Shown: one piece after another, positions 51,259 to 61,499 of the stretch
Layout: each line of letters starts with the position of its first letter
Position numbering within the stretch: position 1 is the first letter of the stretch
Source of the DNA: Pocillopora damicornis
Taxonomy: Eukaryota
NCBI RefSeq assembly: GCF_003704095.1
Contig: NW_020844095.1
Span: forward strand, 62,001 to 126,000
Length of the DNA stretch: 64,000 nt
Direction: 5' to 3'
Position numbers and translations under genes: made by a program
Notes under the pieces: model-generated
Databases searched by the model: none
Seen by the model: only the letters and a program-made list of their open reading frames with translations
What the model was told of the DNA's origin: nothing

Positions 51259-53598
51259 TCTCCAGAATCCATTTAAAAGGCAGCCAGATGCTCCCCTTGA
51301 AAAGACATCTACGCCAATGACCTCGAATAACAACCTAAGTATATAGGTTCTTGTTTATATTGTACACTATTGTGTCTTGGACTGTTTTGGTAAGATTCCG
51401 TTCTTGATATATCACTCAACCAAAAGACTGCAAGTTTTCGAACAGCAAATATCAACTCGAACAACGCGAACCAATCAGTTCCTTTTCCATTCCTGTTACC
51501 AGTCCGTAGATCTATCGTTTCGTCGAGATATTTATCGTCTGAAGAATTGTCTATTCTAGGCGAAGAGCTTTTGAGTGTTTTTCAATTGAAGACCAGACAA
51601 ATGAGACAACGATCACGGCCGGGCCAAGAGCTTTTCGTTGTGAATATAGACATTCAATCAGGCAAAACACAAGCTGTGTATTGTGTTTCGTGACGCACGG
51701 CCAATTAATAATGCCTGGTGTCAGGTTGCAGTACTTAGAAAGGTTCAAGTGACTTCTTTCGTCTTTCGCGTGACCTCGCTCTAGACGCTGCAATCACAAC
51801 ACAGCTGGAGGACATAAATAGCTCCTAATTCCATTAAAATTGATCAAATAACTGTTTCGCTGATAAGGTAGTGGCATACGGACGGTAAATCGAAGTCACG
51901 CAAAGGAGGATTATCAGCGTGTGACTCTTCCTCATCTGTCAGAAGGTAATCTTTTAAGAACTCTTTTGAAGGACGTGAAATGATTTCAAAATAACCAAAG
52001 ATTTGCGAAGCAGATTGCTCATTTAAGCTGTAACAAAGTGTGCATGTAACTGACATTTGGCGCGAAACTGTTTATGATCTGTCATTTCGTTCCTTTGTGG
52101 AATTCTGGTTCGATCTTGATCGATTAAACGCCGAAAAAAAGCCATTCTAATTTCTTCTTACTATACCAAACTTGCTCAATAATAATAAATTAATAATTAA
52201 AGTAACAAAGGAACAGATACCTTTAGTGTGGAGCAAGGGCTTTCATAATATCGTTAATATTGAAGCTGCAGAGCTTCAGCGATGATATGGTTCGTGTTGC
52301 TTATAGACGAATGACTGCCAGAAATACTAGTTACAGGGCTGCTTACTCATCTTAACGTTGACGACTGGAGTTTACTCCTGTCATAACCCGGATTGAGAAA
52401 CTAAGCTTGCGTGAGTTATTTGAGAACTTCCCCTCAATTGCATTCCTTTGCAAGGCCACAAAAACTTGTATTAACTTTTGGGTGAAAGACAATTCCGATA
52501 ACAAATGTGCCTAAACTACCCACTCGGCAAAGGAGATTCAAAAGAAACATCTTACATCCAACCGGAAAGACTCTAAAACTTCCGCGTGATGCAAAAGCAT
52601 ACATATTTTCGACCTAATCTCTGATAGGACATCTCATATCCATGCCAGCAAGACGCTGAGAAATATCAGATATCGCGGATACGATTATCTAACTATTTTG
52701 GAATTTCCTCTGGTTTTCATCGTTAGCCTTCATGAAAAGGTTTAAGAAAATGAAATACATCCGAGCAGATTCAAACGCTTGGAATGTTTGCCTCAGCGTT
52801 TTAATAAGTTCGGCATTTAGTTTGTACATCAATCCCTACCTCAAACCTCTTGACCTTCAATTGAATATCAGCTTAAGTGGTCTGTTCAAAAGAAAAGTTT
52901 AAATTGGTCTGATGAAACCTTGGTAAAACTCAAGCTGCAAAAAAGTCTAAAGGATTCACTTAAATTGTGAGCATTCGTTTTAGTAAATGAACTAGCAATT
53001 TCAGAGTTTGAATGCCAAGGTTCCGAGCAGTCCATCCTTATCTGGAACATCTCTCTGTCGATATCACTTCAGTCAGTCGGCTTGATGTCTGGTGCTTTTC
53101 AGTGAGTGCTCGAAGTAAAGATAAAATCATCGTCAATGGTCTATGATGTTTAAAAGCCGTTGAATATTTTGTAGCTATTAATGGATACCGAGGCGACTCG
53201 AAATCTCACCCGATTCAATTCAGTGATTGAGGCCTACAACCCGAAGATGCCCCTTACGGGTACGAGGGATTTTAATATTAAACTTTTCTAGGAATTCTTA
53301 TTCGATAAATGGCCCATTAATTAGTTCCAGGAGGAATACTCAACAAACTCCATCGATGGATCCTCTACTAGCTGTGATTTTCAAATCCCTCCCCATTTAT
53401 AAAACACCTTTAGTTCAAAAGGTGTATTTCCCATATCTAGAACAATTTCCTAATAACTGCTGACAGTATGCGTGATTGCTTTGTTGTTTCCTCAATTCGC
53501 ACTGTGATTGGCTTAGAAACCTTGCATCACTCTTCTTTCTATGAATTGCGAATAGTGCCAGCCTGAAGAAAAATGTAAGCTTTGATGTAATTCGCACC

Positions 53599-53826
53599 CC
53601 AGTCTCCCAGAGCACTGATAACCAAATTTCTGATAATACTTCATTTTGCCAAAGATTGTCAAGTGTTAGCATCGTAAACTAAAAACAGTCGTTTTCTTTT
53701 CCAAAAATTCAGGCTTTGAAGGAATTTGCATCCTAGTCTCTCAGAACACTGATAAGCAAATTTGTGATAAGATTACATTTAGCTGTGACCAAAGATTATC
53801 ACGTGTTAGCATTGTAGGCTAAACAC
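53599..53826. repeat. Diverged ~90-bp tandem duplication
   Basis: agtctc..aga.cactgataa.caaattt.tgataa...ccaaagatt.tca.gtgttagcat.gta occurs at ~53600-53685 and ~53733-53826. Confidence 0.75.
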
Positions 53827-55074
53827 AAACATTCGTTTACATTGCTAAGGTCAGCATTTAGTTGCCGTTAGCTATAGGGAGCTGAAATTACAAGTAGCAA
53901 GTAGCATTGTCCTAACTTATATTTTTTCTTATCCTAGGTGTCGCCCACTCGTGACAGATGCATAGATTGAATAACACACCAACGGCACTATTTCGAACAT
54001 TGAAAAATGGCTTTAAAATGTTAATTTGAGTAAATTAAATCTGTATTATGGAGTAAAGAACGAGTAGTCGAATCAAATAATGACCAAATGAATTAACTGA
54101 TGAGAATAAACTGTTCAGCCGTCCATTTGGACAACATTCTTCATGCGCAAAGCGAGTTAATCCTGCTCAACCTACACCGTCTTAGCTCTTTACTTGATTA
54201 CTGCTGACCCTCCTGTTGCAATCGATTTTTTAAGCTGAGACATATTCTTAGTGTCGTGAAATTGTATGGTTTGAAAAACGGCAAGTAAAAGATCTACTTT
54301 TGGCAAAACGTACATAGGATCTTCTGGCTAAATTTACAAGCTCATATGAACGCAATGATGATTTTCACCTCTCCAACGCGCTATCCTTTTCACTACCAAC
54401 TGACTTAACATGCTCGTAAACACTCAGACGCACGCACGCATGTAGTCTTCCGGGAAAAGTGAACTTTTATAAAGTGCTGAATGTCAACTATCTTTTGGCG
54501 AAACCTTTAACCTACAAGCCTGTATTGGAATATGGGAATATTAACGTATGAACATTTTCAGTATAGCAAGGTTATCCTTATGCTTTTTCTTGTTGTGGTA
54601 ACTGTAACGATACACCTTGTGAAGAAATTTGCCGTTATCTTTAAACATAATAAAGCTGATAGAACGCACATGCGGCGGACTCGCATCTGAAATTCTTTCT
54701 AATTAGTCACTTGTAAAAAACGGGCAGATTTATCAGCTGGCATGCACTGTTTTCATTACTTAACACCTCCCGAAAAGTATTGTTTGACGTCACATCTTAC
54801 ACTTGACATCAAATAATAAATGGATTTTGCTTTCGTACTATGGCGATAATTATCGAGGGCTTTATTTCTCTTATCCGTTTTAAGCCCCCAGTTTACTTTT
54901 ATGACCCGAAATTTGCCCATAATACCTATCGCGTTCAGTACTAAATGAAATTCTAGTGCAATCCTCGAAGTGATATCGGTTCATTTTTCTCATTTTGATT
55001 TCATGTGTAAGGAACCGTATGCTCATTACAACTTCTCATCATGCTTAAGAAGCTTGGAGGATAGATTTTCTTAT

Positions 55075-55117
55075 TTATATATTTTTTTATATATTTTTAT
55101 ATTTTATATATATTTTT

Positions 55118-55149
<32 letters not shown>
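55075..55149. repeat. (TA)n / AT-rich microsatellite
   Basis: Runs of tatata and ttttata. Confidence 0.85.
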
Positions 55150-55151
<2 letters not shown>

Positions 55152-56399
55152 AATTTTAAAAAACCCTGGTTTGTGTATCTTGAAAACCAAAGCAATCCAT
55201 TTCGACCAACGCCATCTTCTCTCGTCAATGTTTCTTTTTGGTATCTTATCGCCTATTTTATTGTTTTTTTAGTTTACCAAACTGACATAATGATTTACCG
55301 TCCATCTCAATATTCTTCATCCTCAGCCATTTTTACTTCTTCTTGGTTTATCTTTCTTGTTCCTCCATCCTTTGTGTTTGTTTACAATCCGTGTCATTCT
55401 CTTTCATCCTTAAGCATAACCGGAAGTTTTTGATTTAATCTTTTTTAACTGGTTTTCTTTTCCATAGCGAGCGATTATTTTCAAGCTTCTTTCTGTTTAA
55501 AGGAATACGTCTTCGAGTGACGAGAAAAGATGCGAGCTTATATTAATGTAACACAAAACTAGCTAGACCATTTTTCAGGGAAATCTGAGGCTGTCCGAGT
55601 GGAAAATTACTTATCAGTCAGGCGGATCTTCGAGTTTTATTTAATTTAAAGTTTTCATTTTCCCTGGAGAAACTGTGTCACATAGCCAAGTCGAAAATTC
55701 CTTCTAAATGATATTTCAAACGTAGGTCTATTGGTTCATCGTCCTCGTTTAAGAAAAAATTGGCATTTCCCACGGGCAGTAAAGGGTTAAGCAACGGGTA
55801 AGCTTTCTTGAAATAACCGACCCATATCAGGATCTATTTTGTCTCCCTTGCTCTACTTAATGACAATTACTGATTTAGTTTTTGAATGATTTGTTTAATA
55901 CAAATGAGCCGAAATAACAGCATCATCAAATAATACTTTTCAATGGAAAGCTCATATTGCCGCGGCTACGTGGTGTGATTTTATTCATGTCTCAGCTCAG
56001 TATCAATCATAACTAGGAAATGAAAAATTGCTTTTGTAGGTGCACAAGCACTTTGACATGATAAAATACAAATGTCACATTTTCCGCTTGTTACAACTGA
56101 ATCTGCACTTGAAAACATCAGGTTCGTGTCCGTGAGAAATCTGTAACCTCTTCTAAAATTTTTTTTAATCCAAGCTTAAACAAGGAGAGAGAGGATTAGG
56201 ATAAAGATTCACTGTTGTTATGAGGAGGTTACCTATACACTTAACCGCATTACAGAGAAAAAAAAATCGTTTTATCCTAAAAGCAAACTTTTAAATACTT
56301 TGTTAATAAAGCTAAAAATAATGCCTGCCCGTGTAGAGGACTCGCAGTGTCAGGTTTAATTAACTCCCCAATATTTCCTTGTCATGCACCACTTCGAGG

Positions 56400-56553
56400 G
56401 TTTATTTGGAACCAACATATAATAACCAGTTCCCAGTTGGCGTGTTAGCTCAGTTGGTAGAGCGTTGCACCGGTATCGTAGGGGTCATGGGTTCAAATCC
56501 CGAACGAGGCCTATTTCCACTATGTTCATAACTGCAAGGATCGCTTCCATATT
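56400..56553 (+). mobile_element. tRNA-derived SINE
   Basis: A-box TAGCTCAGTTGGTAGAGC and B-box GGTTCAAATCC, followed by a SINE body (tgttcataactgcaaggatcgcttccat) also seen at ~37300-37330; no proper acceptor stem. Confidence 0.7.
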
Positions 56554-57618
56554 TTCCATCCCATGCAAATTTAAATCGAAAAAGCCGGAAAACTTAATAT
56601 CAAATTAGTTTTAATCTGTTGTCACTCATTGTCCTTAAAGGCTATTTTTAGGTTACATTTGCGCATTCAACAGGAATCTAGGTTTCTCTTCAGAACACTT
56701 AAACTGAGCGCTATTTTAATGCATGCTTTTTGCGTTACAGTTATTTCCTGATTAATTAAATATTCGATTATCCAATAAAATCATGCAAATAGCAAATATG
56801 CAAACGCCCTTAGGGCATGGTTGGAAGAAAATCAAAAATAATTTTATCCAATCTTTATAAGAAAGTTTAGTTTCTTTTAAAGCTGTCTGCATGTAGTCGC
56901 ACTCAATTCTGTTTTCTTTTCTATGATAATCTAATGAATGGAATGCGACTTTTATTTATTGAGAAGACAAAACACTACACTGCTGTCTTGCTAGTTTCCC
57001 TCGTTAACATAAATAAGCATTCATCAATTAAACATTGTCACACATCCAGATAGAGGAGAGACATTGGCCAAAAATTTCAATATTACTATTCAAATATGCA
57101 AGCATCTCGGAATGCTCTTGTTCAACAAACAAAAGGTATTCTTAAACAGCTTTGAATTACTTTCAAGGCCTACAACGATTTTAATATTTTAAGAAAATAT
57201 TTATTTCTTTTTAAGAAAACATTATCTTTCTACAAGTCACGTCACTTTGCAGATGACACGATCTGTCAGAGATAGGGATTGGTCACATGACTGCCAAAAG
57301 CCACTTAAAAGTGGAACTGTGGTTACTAGCTGATTAAAATCAACATTAACGAGGCGGTGAAAAGGTGCAAAGGACATCATTTCTGGTAATTCATCTACAA
57401 AATCTTATAGTGTCGCCTTTCTGATGTGATGTCGGTTGGAAAAGTTTGGAGAAAGGATTTCATATCGCGGAGTAATTGAGAATCAACAATTATCAAAGTT
57501 TAAGGTGTACATGGTCGACATCACGTCAAGTTGTAGATCACGTACAGACGAAAGGCTAAGGTGAAATATCCCTAAGTAGACCTGTTTAATACCAGCATTT
57601 ATCGAGACCTGTAGAACA

Positions 57619-57978
57619 ATGAGCAGTCCTGTTATTCACCCGGGTGACAAGGTGACCATTACATTGAGTTTAGACGGCCAGGATCTGTCAAACAGTAACG
57701 AACTGGGTAACAAATCAAAACAGGAAGAATCCAACCTTCAGAAACAAATATTCCTCAAGAAAGCCGACACAACGTCCCCAGCAAAACCACCCTTAGTGAC
57801 GCGGAGAACGAGCTCACTACTCAAACTAAACATCGAAGGACTGTTAGTTGTTCCAGAGTTGGAAATAAGACTCAGAAGGAACTCTTATGGTGGTAAGTCT
57901 GTCCACGATGAAAGACACACCGAAGTTGATCCATCGGATGGAATGCTTACCACATCACTGTGTACAACGGAGCTTTGA
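57619..57978 (+). CDS. CSTEL-family gene 6, single coding exon, 119 aa, ending SDGMLTTSLCTTEL
   Basis: acaATG start; RRTSS and RRNSY motifs; shared C-terminus. Confidence 0.85.
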   Translation: MSSPVIHPGDKVTITLSLDGQDLSNSNELGNKSKQEESNLQKQIFLKKADTTSPAKPPLVTRRTSSLLKLNIEGLLVVPELEIRLRRNSYGGKSVHDERHTEVDPSDGMLTTSLCTTEL

Positions 57979-60900
57979 TGGACACTGATAGCGTAATGTA
58001 GCGATTGGATTCCAAAATATGTTGGCGTAAATGTTTTAGCATACTTATTTTGCCTCTGAGCATGACATGTTATGAAAATTTGAAGTAGACAGAATAGCCA
58101 TAAGAGCTTAAAAGAGCATGAAGAAAGAAGATTGCTTCCGTTGTGGAAAGCGGGTTTGATATTAACCATCAGATTCCAGCACCATGGAATGACATGATAC
58201 TTACTCTGAGACTGTTACTCGTCTTAAGCAACTAAGACACTCTCGGTGGTTGAGGGATTCAGTTGAGGCTTTTTTCAGAGTGAAACCTGTGCATTGAACT
58301 GCAAAAATGAAACCCACACAAATGAGCCTTTGCGTGTAATCACGAATGCTCATTACCGTAGTCAGAAAATCGTTTGGAAGCTTGGATAAACATCTGATGT
58401 TCTGTGGGAGTCCCAGTCTTTGTTGATTCCTTACAATATTTCTTACTCGGACAGCAGCGACTTAACGGAAACATTGTAATTATCATTTGAAGCTGAAGGT
58501 CTCAATGGTGTTGTTAACGGTTTTATATGCCCTTCCTTTCAATTCCCACGAGTTTAAGAAACATTTTAAGGAACGGTTCAACGTTACTAAACGCAATACC
58601 ACCAGGAAAGATAAGCTTATTAAGACCGCCGTGAAGCTAGAGCCTGCTGTGTAATATTTCTCGAAAATGACAACAAAATCAGTCACGAAAGACATTTCGC
58701 CCTGAGGGACCCGACTTAATGTGCAAAGAAAACAAAAGATTTCTCATAAAGCTCTTGACCGTAAGAAATAAACAATTCGTTTGCAGCTAGACATGTTAGA
58801 TCATTTTGAGATTTCTGTTTGGCAGAAAGAAATTAAAGTTGTTCAGGTTGAGAAGAACTCTGCATTTCTTTAGAAATAAATGTCCCGGATAACATTTTGT
58901 TAATTACCTATGACGATATGTTTAACCTGTGATAACAAACGGTCTGATAACTCCATTATCCTTAATTATCATGTGAAAGTATATTGACTTTGGCTGGGTT
59001 TCATAACATGTATTTCTTTCGATAAAAAATTGCTTAGTAAAAATTCGCGATAGGATCGGTAAGATAACTAGAAATTGAGAAATACTAGATTCTAATGCAC
59101 TAAACTTCTTAGTGTGGAACAATTTTTTAGTTCATTGCCCAAGGCTCTGAGAGACAGCAAGACGACATTTAGGTAATTATTTATTGATTACGTCACACCA
59201 TCAAGTGGATCCTATTCTTTAAGAATGTTTTGTTGTGTGTAAGTAAACAATACAAGCACTTGTGTCTTTGAAGCAAAGGGTGTTTGTTTTTACTTCTAGG
59301 CGATCCAAATAATACAATGAACCAACAGTTGTTCGCAATAATAAAGCACACCACAAAGTTGTGCCATGTAATTAATATTATTATAAGTTTGGATCTCCGC
59401 CTTTCGTATCAACCATCAGTTGCCGCATCTTTCTAAACGGAACATCAATTAATTATTTTCATATTGCCTTGTCAAGCCTGTCAGCAAATCTTATATTGAG
59501 CAACATCAAATTAGTCATCGTGAATTGAAACTCCGCCTCTCTGTGTCCTTTTTTTTCGTGGTAAGCCCGACTGCTCAAGACTAGTCGAAGACGAGTTTTC
59601 AATCATCAGCAAAGTCAAAGGGAAGGGAATAAGCTGAAGTTCTGTAGCGACGCTGACATAGTTTTCCAAAGACTTCTTCTGGATATCTATGGATTTTTAG
59701 ATCTTCATAAAACTAATTGAGGCTCCTATAGATTACAGTGAGAACAAAAACATTTTCTGCTAACAGTATCTGCTCCAATTCACAGTCAGCAGCTTCTTTT
59801 CTCATGTTCAAGTGTCTCTCATCTCTAGTTAACTTAACAGATTCAAATTATTTATCAACGATACAAAAATGCCTATCAAACAAAATCGGTAGTTATTCTG
59901 AATAGAATTATAATTGCTTATTTTATCCTATCTTTTGATTGTTCGAGATACACGTGACCTTAGTTTCATCCAATTGAAAATTACGCCTTCAGGGCGCGTC
60001 TCCAAGTATTTTTCCGCTCTTTCGCAGTTCAGTTTGTATCTAACCCAGGAAAGATAAAAATTAAAAAGGGGTAACAGAGAACTTTCTGCTTCATCTTCAA
60101 TAACTCAGAAATCACGAAAGAGAGTTTCTGGATTGACTGAACCGCTCAAAACAATGTGAAAACTTAATCTGAGAAATTAATGGTCAAAATTCCCTGGTGA
60201 ACAGCTTGTGCTGCATATATTGGACGTAGTAACGGCGTCGGTTGTTCCAACATCAGATCAATCTTTATCCGGCGGATAGCGCAGTAAATTTGAATAACAC
60301 TTCTCCGCTGGATAGCGCTTTATCTGTTGGATATCGTTATCCGTCCTTGAACTGGGCGCTGATGTCAATAAGAGATAGGGCACATCAAGTGCCGAAGTCT
60401 ATATTTGTAGTCGACAAGAAAGGATATATCACGATGTTTTGAGGGCCCTGTCCCAACGTTTCTTTTATATGTAAATGACAGGATACATTAGAGAGCCCTT
60501 TTTCTGACATTTCCTATGCCTTTAAAAATTCTTGTATCCTGAATTGATTAGCCAGAATCGCGCATTTTCATATTTCTTAATTTACCTTTAAAAAAAGCAA
60601 TTTAATTATAGCTTCACAAGAATACAATAGAGCATTCATTTTAACAAAAAAATGATTAATCATCTGCCACAACTGTTTGTCCTTGTGACAAACCCATTGT
60701 CGCTTGCGCTTTCTAAAACGCTTTTAATTCGCTTTCATGAAACCATTGCACGTTCACAAAAGCACACTATCGAGGTGTTGAAGGACAGAGGAACCGAGAG
60801 ATTGCTGACTGACCAGGCAAATCACTCACAGAGAAGGTTAACTACTGGTAGTAATTCTTGTGAGACAAAAGAGCATTTGACATCAAGGTTAACTTAAATT

Positions 60901-61025
60901 ATAGGAGTAGTCTAAGAAAATTTTCGAAATAAAAGAATTCATTATTAATTGCATAGTTGTTAAGTGGACCTTGTAATTACTCATAACAGCGCAATCGAAT
61001 TCGGTTACACGAGAAGTTGGTAGAA

Positions 61026-61499
61026 ATGTCAAAATCTGTTTGTTATTTCGATAGAAATTTAACAGAATTGAGAAAATCTGACGCCATAAAAATTTGCAAG
61101 AACAACTTCAGTGTGGATAGAAACCCAGCAGAATTGAAAGAACCTGCGGAAACAACGTGTATATTTACAAATGTGGACGAACCAACGGAAAGAAACCGTG
61201 TTTTGGGTCTGAGTGATGGCGTAGGCAAAGAAAATGACCAAATATTGATCGAAAATATATCGGAAAGTGTTACAGAGACCGAAGAAAAGGACGAAAGGAA
61301 GCGTGAAATAAGGAGAAAACGAAGCAGCTCACTGAGTTCTTTAGCACTTCTTAAGCAAACATTACAAGTGATTACAGTTGATGACAAATACGAACAGAAA
61401 CTACGAAGGGTCAGCTCGGTTCCCGGAACATGCAACTCAGGAGAAACTCAACTTGAAGATGGGTTATTGACAACAACGTTTTGTTCCACAGAGTTATAA
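61026..61499 (+). CDS. CSTEL-family gene 7, single coding exon, ~157 aa, ending EDGLLTTTFCSTEL
   Basis: First ATG at 61026 (track starts at TTG 61017); RKRSSS and RRVSSVP motifs; shared C-terminus; AATAAA at 61513 and 61691. Confidence 0.85.
   Translation: MSKSVCYFDRNLTELRKSDAIKICKNNFSVDRNPAELKEPAETTCIFTNVDEPTERNRVLGLSDGVGKENDQILIENISESVTETEEKDERKREIRRKRSSSLSSLALLKQTLQVITVDDKYEQKLRRVSSVPGTCNSGETQLEDGLLTTTFCSTEL

Noticed and set aside
50489-51346. Plus-strand ORFs overlapping gene 5, and similar antisense ORFs over genes 1, 2, 3, 6 and 7
   Set aside because: They are shadow frames of the real coding strand.
56439-56512. tRNA-like sequence
   Set aside because: It has A and B boxes but no paired acceptor stem, and continues into a repeat body seen elsewhere in the window, so it is called a SINE.
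22460-61499. STEL/STDL as a KDEL-like ER retrieval signal, or CSTEL as a CaaX box
   Set aside because: No member has a signal peptide, so lumenal retrieval is unlikely; the Cys is fifth from the end, not fourth as CaaX requires.
22460-61499. The seven ORFs as alternative last exons of one gene
   Set aside because: They lie on both strands, each has its own ATG, and several have proximal promoter elements.
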